From the IMG/VR virus record IMGVR_UViG_2711768040_000007, positions 1 through 14,406 of that record: a stretch of 14,406 nucleotides of DNA; one strand, written 5' to 3'. The notes under the pieces are model-generated. The model saw nothing but the letters and a program-made list of their open reading frames with translations. It made no database searches and had not been told where the DNA came from. The position numbers were made by a program, and so were the translations under genes. How positions within the stretch are numbered: position 1 is the first letter of the stretch; each line of letters starts with the position of its first letter. This DNA comes from a virus (taxonomy: Duplodnaviria; Heunggongvirae; Uroviricota; Caudoviricetes). Below are positions 7,653 through 14,299 of the stretch, piece by piece.

Positions 7653-8018
7653 ATGACCGAACGCATAGAATTTGTTTTGCCTTACCCGCCAACGGTGAAC
7701 ACCTACTGGCGACGTCGTGGCAGCACATATTTTGTATCAAAAGCCGGTGAGCGTTATCGCCGTGATGTGGCGCTCATTGTTCGCCAGCAGCGGCTGAAGT
7801 TAAACCTGTCCGGAAGGCTGGCGATAAAGATTATTGCAGAGCCACCGGATAAGCGCCGTCGTGACCTGGACAATATTCTGAAAGCACCACTGGATGCACT
7901 GACACATGCGGGGTTGCTTATCGACGACGAGCAGTTTGATGAAATTAATATTGTGCGCGGACTGCCTGTTCCTGGTGGTCGGTTGGGCGTGAAGATTTAC
8001 AAAATTGAAAGTGAGTGA
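7653..8018 (+). CDS. rusA: Holliday-junction resolvase RusA
   Basis: About 120 aa with a PPDKRRRDLDN acidic catalytic-core region resembling RusA. ATG directly abuts the upstream stop. Confidence 0.8.
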   Translation: MTERIEFVLPYPPTVNTYWRRRGSTYFVSKAGERYRRDVALIVRQQRLKLNLSGRLAIKIIAEPPDKRRRDLDNILKAPLDALTHAGLLIDDEQFDEINIVRGLPVPGGRLGVKIYKIESE

Positions 8019-8026
8019 GCGTAAAT

Positions 8027-8569
8027 ATGATATACCCGGAAATTACAGGCAAAAGCGGCGAGCATTTACGTCTAAAAACGCTGGAAGCCGTCTGGATCCA
8101 GGGGAAATTACGGATGTGGGGGCGTTGGTCGTATATAGGTGGTGGCAAAACAGGAAATATGTTCAATCAGTTGCTGGCATCCAAAAAACTGACAAAAACC
8201 GCGATCAATGAAGCCCTGCGTAGAATCAGGGAGTCAGGGATTGACAAACCAGAGCTGGAAGCATTCTTGCGAGAGATGATCGCTGGCAGACAGAAGAGCT
8301 GGTTGTCTCACTGTACTGATGCAGAGGCGTTACGCATTGATGGGGTGATAAGTAAAGCGCTTGCACGTTATCCTGGATTGATTGATATCCTGCGGCAAAG
8401 GTACGAAGGGCGGGGGATGAGTAAACGCAAAATGGCTGAATTGTTGAATGAGGTTCACCCTGAGTGGTGCTATGCAACATGCCGCAATCGTATAGATATG
8501 TGGCTGAGAATAGCTGAGTTTATTCTGTATCCACTGATGCGAGATGCATTTTCTTTTACTGACGCTTAG
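8027..8569 (+). CDS. Late-gene antiterminator, Q-like
   Basis: Position directly downstream of rusA and upstream of a promoter/terminator region, as expected for Q. Start taken as ATG 8027 rather than the track's GTG 8015. Confidence 0.65.
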   Translation: MIYPEITGKSGEHLRLKTLEAVWIQGKLRMWGRWSYIGGGKTGNMFNQLLASKKLTKTAINEALRRIRESGIDKPELEAFLREMIAGRQKSWLSHCTDAEALRIDGVISKALARYPGLIDILRQRYEGRGMSKRKMAELLNEVHPEWCYATCRNRIDMWLRIAEFILYPLMRDAFSFTDA

Positions 8570-8589
8570 AATCTGGAGGGCGTTTGTTG

Positions 8590-8680
8590 TTGCACGAAGA
8601 GGATTTTTGGCTGGTAGTAAGGTTTATGCAGTTTTAGAAAAAAAGCTTGTATTTTTAGCCATAAACTGTTTCAATCCAGC
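8590..8680 (+). promoter_or_regulatory. Candidate late promoter (PR'-like) and Q-utilisation region
   Basis: Two candidate promoters: TTGCAC plus a weak TAGTAA, and TTGTAT, 17 nt, TTCAAT. Located between Q and the terminator, as in lambda. Confidence 0.35.
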
Positions 8681-8734
8681 TACGCTTCGCAAAGCTGTAC
8701 CGCGAGGCGAATAGCAGACATGGACACCTGAAAG

Positions 8735-8759
8735 AACCCGCTTTATGCGGGTTTTTTTA
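8735..8759 (+). terminator. Intrinsic terminator, tR'-like
   Basis: Stem AACCCGC / GCGGGTT with a 5-nt loop, followed by a run of seven T. Confidence 0.6.
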
Positions 8760-8881
8760 TGCCTGAAAAACGGCACAGAACATTAAACGCGCTGGTAGTT
8801 GTGAATACTGGTCTTTCAGCTTGCTGGCTTTTTCGACAAGAGGTATTAGTATGTCACGTTAACCGAAAAAGGGAAAAAGGC

Positions 8882-9079
8882 ATGCTAAAACAGCAGGATA
8901 TGACCGAAATCGCCAGAGTGGTGTTTAATGAATTAAGCGTCACCGAACCGGCGACCGTCGGGGAAATTGCGCAGAATACTTACCTTTCACGCGAACGCTG
9001 CCAGTTAATACTGACTCAGCTTGTTATGGCGGGTCTGGCAGATTATCAGTTCGGTTGTTACAGACGCCTTCCTCAGTGA
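8882..9079 (+). CDS. Small hypothetical protein with helix-turn-helix-like character, 65 aa
   Basis: ATG preceded by GGGAAAAAGG. The track's 8759 start abuts the terminator T-run with no SD, so the shorter form is preferred. Confidence 0.35.
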   Translation: MLKQQDMTEIARVVFNELSVTEPATVGEIAQNTYLSRERCQLILTQLVMAGLADYQFGCYRRLPQ

Positions 9080-9229
9080 AGGTTTTTTAATTTGTGGTAA
9101 TGGGCGGCTGGTGGGTGTTAGCGGCACCTGCCAGCCATCTGCTCATGCGTTGGGGTCACAAGCAAACCTCAGGCCCATCTGCTTTGCGCAAAAGCGGTAT
9201 GAGCCTATCAGAGAAGTGCTTATTGATCT

Positions 9230-10279
9230 ATGGCCAATACTGTAAAAATATCCAGTTGTGAGTTAATCAACGCTGATTGCCTGGAATTTATCCAGACCTT
9301 ACCGGAAAATTCTGTCGATCTGATAGTCACAGACCCGCCATACTTTAAAGTGAAGCCCGAGGGCTGGGATAACCAGTGGGAGGGCGACGATGATTACCTG
9401 AAATGGCTGGACCAGTGTCTGGCGCAGTTCTGGCGGGTACTGAAGCCTGCCGGAAGTCTTTACCTGTTCTGTGGTCATCGCCTGGCATCTGACACCGAAA
9501 TCATGATGCGTGAGCGCTTTAATGTGCTGAACCACATTATCTGGGCGAAGCCGTCCGGACGCTGGAACGGGTGCAATAAGGAAAGTCTGCGGGCGTATTT
9601 TCCGGCAACAGAGCGCATTCTGTTTGCAGAACATTATCAGGGACCGTATCGCCCGAAAGATGATGGCTATGTGGAGCAGGGGCGCGAGCTAAAACAGCAC
9701 GTCATGGCCCCGCTGATTTCTTACTTTCGTGATGCGCGTAAATCACTGGGAATAACGTCAAAACAGATAGCGGAAGCCACCGGAAAGAAAAACATGGCTT
9801 CGCACTGGTTTGGTACCAGTCAGTGGCAGTTACCGAACGAGGGTGATTACAACAAATTGCAGGCGTTGTTTGCGCGTGTTGCAGCAGAAAAACATCAGCG
9901 CGGGGAACTGGAAAAGCCACACCACCAGCTGGTCAGCACATACAGTGAGCTGAACCGGCAGTATACGGAACTGCTGAGTGAATATAAAAATTTGCGGCGG
10001 TATTTCGGTGTGACGGCGCAGGTTCCGTACACCGATGTCTGGACGCATAAACCGGTGCAGTACTATCCAGGGAAACATCCGTGCGAAAAACCGGCAGAAA
10101 TGCTGCAGCAGATAATCAACGCGAGCAGTCGTCCGGGAGACCTGGTTGCAGATTTTTTTATGGGTTCAGGTTCAACGGTAAAAGCGGCGATGGCACTGGG
10201 GCGTTGTGCGATTGGTGTTGAGCTGGAGACCGGTCGTTTTGAACAGACAGTCAGGGAAGTTCAGGATTTAATCGTTTGA
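9230..10279 (+). CDS. Beta-class DNA amino-methyltransferase (N6-adenine or N4-cytosine), apparently orphan
   Basis: Motif IV LIVTDPPYF near the N-terminus and motif I DLVADFFMGSGST near the C-terminus. No adjacent endonuclease gene. Confidence 0.8.
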   Translation: MANTVKISSCELINADCLEFIQTLPENSVDLIVTDPPYFKVKPEGWDNQWEGDDDYLKWLDQCLAQFWRVLKPAGSLYLFCGHRLASDTEIMMRERFNVLNHIIWAKPSGRWNGCNKESLRAYFPATERILFAEHYQGPYRPKDDGYVEQGRELKQHVMAPLISYFRDARKSLGITSKQIAEATGKKNMASHWFGTSQWQLPNEGDYNKLQALFARVAAEKHQRGELEKPHHQLVSTYSELNRQYTELLSEYKNLRRYFGVTAQVPYTDVWTHKPVQYYPGKHPCEKPAEMLQQIINASSRPGDLVADFFMGSGSTVKAAMALGRCAIGVELETGRFEQTVREVQDLIV

Positions 10280-10328
10280 AACGGATGAGATTGCAGAATT
10301 AATTACGCACCATTATTATTCTGCTCCC

Positions 10329-10404
10329 GGCCCTTTAGCTCAGTGGTGAGAGCGAGCGACTCATAATCGCCAGGTCGCTGGTTCAAATCCAGCAAGGGCC
10401 ACCA
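10329..10404 (+). tRNA. ileZ: tRNA with CAU anticodon (Ile2/lysidine type or Met)
   Basis: Perfect 7-bp acceptor stem GGCCCTT/AAGGGCC, D-arm GCTC...GAGC, anticodon loop CUCAUAA, T-loop TTCAAAT, encoded CCA. Symbol is by analogy with the tRNA cluster of Stx phages. Confidence 0.8.
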
Positions 10405-10411
10405 TCACATA

Positions 10412-10488
10412 CCGCCATTAGCTCATCGGCAGAGAGCGTCAGCTTTCGAAACTGGCTGTGTGGAGCTCGGGTCCCCGATGGCAATCCA
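10412..10488 (+). tRNA. tRNA-like gene, apparent anticodon UCG (Arg), non-canonical and possibly degenerate
   Basis: Good D-arm and encoded CCA end, anticodon loop TTTCGAA, but two mismatches at the acceptor-stem end and an atypical T-loop (CTCGGGT). Confidence 0.45.
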
Positions 10489-10501
10489 TTATCTGCATTA
10501 T

Positions 10502-10578
10502 GCGTTGTTAGCTCAGCCGGACAGAGCAATTGCCTTCTAAGCAATCGGTCACTGGTTCGAATCCAGTACAACGCGCCA
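10502..10578 (+). tRNA. argO: tRNA-Arg, anticodon UCU
   Basis: Perfect acceptor stem GCGTTGT/ACAACGC, anticodon loop CTTCTAA, T-loop TTCGAAT, encoded CCA. Symbol by analogy with Stx-phage tRNA clusters. Confidence 0.8.
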
Positions 10579-10590
10579 CGCTTATTTTTC

Positions 10591-10616
10591 CAGGCTCGCT
10601 TCGGCGGGCCTTTTTC
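10591..10616 (+). terminator. Intrinsic terminator downstream of the tRNA cluster
   Basis: Stem GGCTCGC / GCGGGCC (one G.U pair) around a TTCG tetraloop, followed by TTTTT. Confidence 0.5.
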
Positions 10617-10753
10617 ATATCCGCGCCACGCCCGGCGCACATCAAAAAACCACAGAGCCTTTCAGGGGTGAGCTTACGGGATGGTCAGTGTGACTTTCTC
10701 TGTGGGCTGGTCACCCCCGGGCGCAGGCTCACCCACTAAAAGGAAAAGTCACG

Positions 10754-11179
10754 ATGTTTGGTATTTTCAAAAAGAAAACCCGCAAGGCCATTACCGAAGT
10801 GAAGAAGATGGAGAACCGCGATGCGGTGGAAGCGACTGTCTGGGGCGCATATTCCATTGCATACGCTGACGGTACCTGTGACGCAAAAGAAATTGCGGTG
10901 CTGGAAAAAACCATTGCAGCACTTCCGGCTTTTGCGCCGTTCTCGGGTGAGATTGCACAAATGAGTGCAAATATCCGCGCCCGTTATGAAGCGTCACCTC
11001 GTAGTGCGAATGCTCAGGCTTTGCGTGAACTGGCTGACGTGGCAGGAACCGCCGAAGCGGTTGATGTGCTGTGCCTGTGTCTTGATATTGCTGACCAGGA
11101 TGGCATTGGTCCGGATGAAGAAGCACAGCTCAAGAAAATTGCTCAGGCGCTGCAGTTGCCGCTGGAGCAGTACCTGTGA
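10754..11179 (+). CDS. TerB-like (tellurite-resistance TerB / DjlA N-terminal-like) protein, 141 aa
   Basis: ATG after AAAGGAAAAG. Acidic helical protein with paired ADG/D...E motifs typical of TerB-like domains. Confidence 0.55.
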   Translation: MFGIFKKKTRKAITEVKKMENRDAVEATVWGAYSIAYADGTCDAKEIAVLEKTIAALPAFAPFSGEIAQMSANIRARYEASPRSANAQALRELADVAGTAEAVDVLCLCLDIADQDGIGPDEEAQLKKIAQALQLPLEQYL

Positions 11180-11328
11180 AAAGTGCGCGCCTTGTGCTGG
11201 CTGCCATCCTGCTGTTTCTGGTAGTGGCGGTGGATTTTACCGGGCACCTGATGTCGATACTGGCAGATGGTGTACTGGTGGCCGGAGTGGTTGCACTGCT
11301 CTGGCCTTTACTGCGCAAATCTGAATAA
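11176..11328 (+). CDS. Small membrane protein, 50 aa, two hydrophobic segments; not in the ORF track because it is short
   Basis: GTG start overlapping the TerB-like stop (GTGA) with GGAG 8 nt upstream. Translation VKSARLVLAAILLFLVVAV...VLVAGVVALLWPLLRKSE. Confidence 0.35.
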   Translation: MKSARLVLAAILLFLVVAVDFTGHLMSILADGVLVAGVVALLWPLLRKSE

Positions 11329-11337
11329 CACCACACA

Positions 11338-11402
11338 AAAGGCATCTGCGGGTGCCTTTGACAGGGTGTTGTTTTTTACGGGCCGCTGGTGGCCCTTTTT
11401 TA
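11338..11402 (+). terminator. Tandem intrinsic terminators
   Basis: Hairpin AAAGGCA-8 nt-TGCCTTT followed by a T-run, then hairpin GGGCC-6 nt-GGCCC followed by TTTTTTATTT. Confidence 0.5.
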
Positions 11403-11419
11403 TTTACAGGAGAAAAGGT

Positions 11420-11809
11420 ATGTCTGAACCCTTATCCGGGACGGGTACGGCTGCGGCGCTTGGAGGGGCGACGGCATTCGGTGTGTTCACCGGTACGGAT
11501 TTTGGGATAGTGTTTGGCGCATTTGCCGGGGCGCTGTTTGTGGCCACGATGCCACAGGCGCTTTCAGCATGGAGGATTGCGGGCCATTTTGTGGTGTCTT
11601 TCATCATCGGCGTGCTGGGGGCAAAGGCGCTGGCGTCATATCTTGCAACGAAAACAGGTTATGACGGTGCCTCTGCTGAAGCATTGTGTGCGGTGCTGGT
11701 GTCGGTGTTGTCAGTGAAGATTCTCTCGTTTATCCATCAGCAGGATATCGGTTCGTTGATATCGGGCCTGTTTTCCCGGCTGCGTGGGGGAGGTGGCAAT
11801 GGCCGGTAA
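11420..11809 (+). CDS. Putative holin or membrane lysis protein, 129 aa
   Basis: ATG after ACAGGAGAAAAGG. Gly/Ala-rich hydrophobic segments. Position at the head of the lysis cassette. Confidence 0.5.
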   Translation: MSEPLSGTGTAAALGGATAFGVFTGTDFGIVFGAFAGALFVATMPQALSAWRIAGHFVVSFIIGVLGAKALASYLATKTGYDGASAEALCAVLVSVLSVKILSFIHQQDIGSLISGLFSRLRGGGGNGR

Positions 11810-12074
11810 TATTCCAGGACTGCTGAATGTGGCGCTATGTACAGTTATCGTGCTGGCGCTTTTTTTCTACCGCCGAAAAGATGCCACGCATAAACCGCTG
11901 GTGTCGTGGTTGGCCTGGCTGCTGATGCTTGTCTATGCGGTCGCGCCGCTCAGTTTTCTGTGCGGTCGTCCTCTTCCCGGTAACTGGGCGGTGGTGCTGG
12001 CTAATCTGTTGTTCTGTGTGCTGGTGGTATGGGCGCGCGGGAATGTGTCAAAAATCCTTTCATTACTGAGGTAA
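11799..12074 (+). CDS. Putative holin or antiholin, 91 aa, about three transmembrane segments
   Basis: Overlaps the upstream gene by 11 nt. Hydrophobic segments with a charged loop. Immediately precedes the endolysin. Confidence 0.45.
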   Translation: MAGNIPGLLNVALCTVIVLALFFYRRKDATHKPLVSWLAWLLMLVYAVAPLSFLCGRPLPGNWAVVLANLLFCVLVVWARGNVSKILSLLR

Positions 12075-12076
12075 GT

Positions 12077-12472
12077 ATGTCGGGAAAATTCATATTTAGT
12101 CGTCGCAGTGAAAAGAATCTGGAAGGCGTTAAGCCGCAACTGGTGGCGGTAGTGCGTCGCGCTCTGGAACTAACGGAAGTTGATTTTGGTATCACCGAAG
12201 GCCTTCGCAGTAAATACCGTCAGAAACAACTGGTCGCCGCAGGCAAAAGCCAGACGATGAACAGCCGGCACCTGACTGGTGAAGCGGTTGATGTATTACC
12301 GGTTGGTGCTGACTGGAATGATTACAAATGCTGGCTACCTGTATTGAGGGCATTTTACCAGGCTGGCAATGAGCTGGGCGTGAAACTTCGCTTTGGTATC
12401 ACCTGGACATCAAATCCTGATGATAAGCCAGCACGTTTTCTTGATGCTCCGCATATTGAACTGGGGTCGTGA
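12077..12472 (+). CDS. Endolysin, peptidase M15 family (L-alanyl-D-glutamate peptidase type)
   Basis: SRHLTGEAVDV zinc-binding motif. GAGG SD embedded in the end of the upstream gene. Confidence 0.8.
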   Translation: MSGKFIFSRRSEKNLEGVKPQLVAVVRRALELTEVDFGITEGLRSKYRQKQLVAAGKSQTMNSRHLTGEAVDVLPVGADWNDYKCWLPVLRAFYQAGNELGVKLRFGITWTSNPDDKPARFLDAPHIELGS

Positions 12473-12960
12473 TGAAAGATATTCCAGGTTTTGGTGGTAA
12501 ATATAAAATATCTGATTCTGGTGAGGTGGTTGGGCCATCAGGAAGGATTCTGAAACCCAGGCGTGATAAAGATGGATATTTGCGGCTCAATATGATGCAC
12601 CCTAAAAAAGGGCGAGACACCTACCTTATTCATCGCCTGGTAATGCTGACATATAGAGGGGAAACACCAGAGGGTTACTGCATTGATCATATAGACGGAA
12701 ATAAGAGAAATAATTATATAGGGAATCTCCGTTTTGCGCGCCCATGTCAAAATGCATGGAATTCCCGTCGACGCAAAGGTAGCTCAGGAGTGATTGGTGT
12801 GCACAAAAACAAAGGTAAATTCCAGGCCAGAATATCTGTCAACAAAAAAAGAATTTATCTTGGGCGGTTTAATTCTCCAGAGGTTGCTGCAGTTGCTCGT
12901 GATTCGGCTGCAAGGCTGTTTCATGGAGAGTTTGCTTTATGTAATTCTCCCACCGGTTGA
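12472..12960 (+). CDS. HNH homing endonuclease with NUMOD4-like N-terminus and AP2 DNA-binding domain
   Basis: IPGFGGKYKISDSGEV (NUMOD4-like), CIDHIDGNKRNN (HNH), GVIGVHKNKGKFQARISVNKKRIYLGRF...AA (AP2-like). Start overlaps the endolysin stop; GTG 12469 is an alternative start. Confidence 0.8.
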   Translation: MKDIPGFGGKYKISDSGEVVGPSGRILKPRRDKDGYLRLNMMHPKKGRDTYLIHRLVMLTYRGETPEGYCIDHIDGNKRNNYIGNLRFARPCQNAWNSRRRKGSSGVIGVHKNKGKFQARISVNKKRIYLGRFNSPEVAAVARDSAARLFHGEFALCNSPTG

Positions 12961-12964
12961 CGAT

Positions 12965-13147
12965 ATGAGTCGTAAACACTGGACACACAGAATGCCGCGA
13001 ACGGCGGCGAAATGGGTACTGGTAGCGATACTGGTGCCTTTTTTATTGGTGGGGTGCGTCAGCCTGGATAAGGCGCGCCAGCTTTTCGATACCGCGTCTC
13101 AGGTCTGTGAAATTGTCGACGGTGTTCGGCAGTGTCTGCAGAACTGA
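12965..13147 (+). CDS. Small lipoprotein, candidate outer-membrane spanin-like or moron lipoprotein
   Basis: Signal peptide KWVLVAILVPFLLVGC with lipobox LVGC. Mature part about 30 aa with two further Cys. Weak SD; ATG 12992 is an alternative start. Confidence 0.45.
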   Translation: MSRKHWTHRMPRTAAKWVLVAILVPFLLVGCVSLDKARQLFDTASQVCEIVDGVRQCLQN

Positions 13148-13321
13148 TCGCCTGTAAGAGCAGAATATTTTGCTGAAAAAAGAAGGATGCGTCAGCGTCC
13201 GGTAAGCATGAAATTCTGTGTTTGTGGCTACTCAATAAAATAAATTCTTTCTGTCTCCGCGAATACTCAAATGTTGATCAGCGCCCGGGGCGGTGACGGG
13301 CTTCGATATCAGGAGAAGATA

Positions 13322-13714
13322 ATGGCAAAGAAAGAAGACAAACCAATGGTAATTGGTGCTGTGGCTGTTCCGTTTAAGTTTGAACTGTCACAACTGGTGG
13401 AGATGCGCATCAGTGATGAATGGGGTGAGGTTAAAGCTCGCGCGCAGTATGTGGATGGCGAAAACCAGTACTTGATCCACTACAAGGCTGCTGATGGTCG
13501 CGCCACAACGGCGTGGTTTGGTGAGTCAATGCTGGAAGCAACAGAAGATGATCGCCATCCGGGCTGTCCGGTATTTGCCGGTATGAAATTACCGGAAGGT
13601 GCAGTTGAACTGCAGCCGGGTGAGGTGTTCGTAATGACAGACATCATTGATGGTAATCCGCAGTATTCTCGTATTGAAATGAATAGTAAGAGTGCTCGCC
13701 TGATTCGTGAGTAA
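13322..13714 (+). CDS. Hypothetical protein, 130 aa
   Basis: ATG after CAGGAGAAG. No recognisable motifs. Sits between the lysis cassette and cos, where lambda carries accessory genes such as bor. Confidence 0.5.
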   Translation: MAKKEDKPMVIGAVAVPFKFELSQLVEMRISDEWGEVKARAQYVDGENQYLIHYKAADGRATTAWFGESMLEATEDDRHPGCPVFAGMKLPEGAVELQPGEVFVMTDIIDGNPQYSRIEMNSKSARLIRE

Positions 13715-13718
13715 CAGG

Positions 13719-13757
13719 CATTACAGCAGCCCTTCACTCTAAGGGGGTGCTGTAATG
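13719..13757. other. Extended imperfect hairpin (10-bp outer stem plus 5-bp inner stem) just after the stop of the preceding gene
   Basis: CATTACAGCA pairs with TGCTGTAATG; inner CCCTT pairs with AAGGG. No T-run follows on either strand. Confidence 0.4.
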
Positions 13758-14110
13758 TGAGAAATAAAAAATCGGTCACAGGGAGCAGCTACACAGAACC
13801 GGCCGGCGAAGACCGCCAATACCACCCATGCATTGATGCAACATACTAATGACAATAGCCGCTATTGATGTAAATGCAATGTTATGCATCGACGAAAATA
13901 AAAAACCGGCAGGGGAAATCCATTGAAGATTTGCCGGTGGCAAAAGAGGGCCATGTTTTTAACCTTAGTCGCAGAGTTACGGAGTGCAACTACGAATGCT
14001 GCCGGTATATGGCTGAATGGCGTTTCAATGATGTACGTCATCTTATCTGTAAATGTTAATGACAAACGCTCTCATTTGTGCGGGTCCTTCCGGTGGGGTG
14101 GCCTGCCACG

Positions 14111-14122
14111 GGGCGGCGACCT
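14111..14122. other. cosN, the lambda-type 12-nt cohesive-end sequence GGGCGGCGACCT
   Basis: Exact match to the lambda cohesive end as I remember it, with lambda-like flanks (GGGTCCTT..CCGGTG upstream). Confidence 0.75.
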
Positions 14123-14290
14123 CTCGGGTTTTCGCTATTTATGAAAATTTTCCGGTTTAAGGCGTTTCCGTTCTTCTTCGTCGTAACTTAATGTTTTTAT
14201 TTAAAACACCCCCTGAAAAGAAAGGAAACGACAGGTGCTGAAAACGGGCTTTTTGGCCTCTGTCGTTTCCTTTCTCTGTTTTTGTCCGTG
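14123..14290. promoter_or_regulatory. cosB-like terminase-binding region (R3, an AT-rich IHF-like segment, R2, R1)
   Basis: CGTTTCCGTTCTTCTTCG, AT-rich AACTTAATGTTTTTATTTAAAA, AAAGGAAACGACAG and its inverted copy CTGTCGTTTCCTTTCTCTG, arranged as in lambda. Confidence 0.6.
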
Positions 14291-14299
14291 GAATGAACA

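Noticed and set aside
6808-7740. ORFs 6808..7023 (+), 7091..7330 (+), 7257..7535 (-) and 7510..7740 (-)
   Set aside because: Alternative-frame or antisense ORFs inside the DUF968-like and rusA genes.
7945-8480. ORFs 7945..8166 (-), 8005..8211 (+) and 8226..8480 (-)
   Set aside because: Overlap the rusA end or the Q gene in other frames or antisense.
9021-10078. ORF 9021..9245 (+) and minus-strand ORFs 9299..9634, 9702..9920, 9830..10078
   Set aside because: The first spans an intergenic gap with no SD; the others are antisense to the beta-class methyltransferase.
10383-10739. ORFs 10383..10640 (-) and 10530..10739 (+)
   Set aside because: They run through the tRNA genes and the terminator; coding is implausible.
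10681-11345. ORFs 10681..10869 (+), 10729..10914 (-), 10736..10960 (-), 10791..11126 (-), 10965..11324 (+) and 11130..11345 (-)
   Set aside because: Alternative-frame or antisense to the TerB-like gene and the small membrane ORF.
10617-11402. Shiga-toxin genes at the tRNA-adjacent cargo site
   Set aside because: The gene order invites the expectation of stx, but the site holds a 141-aa TerB-like protein and a 50-aa membrane protein. No ORF of stxA or stxB size or character is present.
11267-12195. Extended starts at 11267, 11784 and 12029, plus ORFs 11404..11607 (-), 11514..11717 (+), 11933..12139 (-), 12001..12195 (-)
   Set aside because: The extensions run through terminators or upstream genes; internal ATGs with SDs are preferred. 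The rest are shadow ORFs within lysis genes.
12399-12750. Minus-strand ORFs 12399..12620 and 12538..12750
   Set aside because: Antisense to the endolysin/homing endonuclease junction.
12794-13321. Long form 12794..13147 of the lipoprotein ORF; extended start 13271; an 18-codon ORF near 13180
   Set aside because: The 12794 start lies inside the endonuclease gene in another frame. 13271 has no SD whereas 13322 does. The 18-codon ORF is too short to support without conservation data.
231-13620. Using CTGCAG site avoidance to infer PstI-like specificity of the RM pair
   Set aside because: CTGCAG occurs several times in the window (for example near 234, 11149 and 13610), so there is no avoidance signal. 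The specificity is unknown, and a resident methylase removes the selective pressure anyway.
13480-13779. Minus-strand ORF 13480..13779
   Set aside because: Antisense to the 130-aa gene and running through the hairpin.
13862-14144. ORFs 13862..14065 (-), 13874..14059 (+) and 13923..14144 (+) next to cos
   Set aside because: Mutually overlapping, no SD, Cys-rich low-complexity translations; the last runs into cosN. Region treated as non-coding packaging-site flank.
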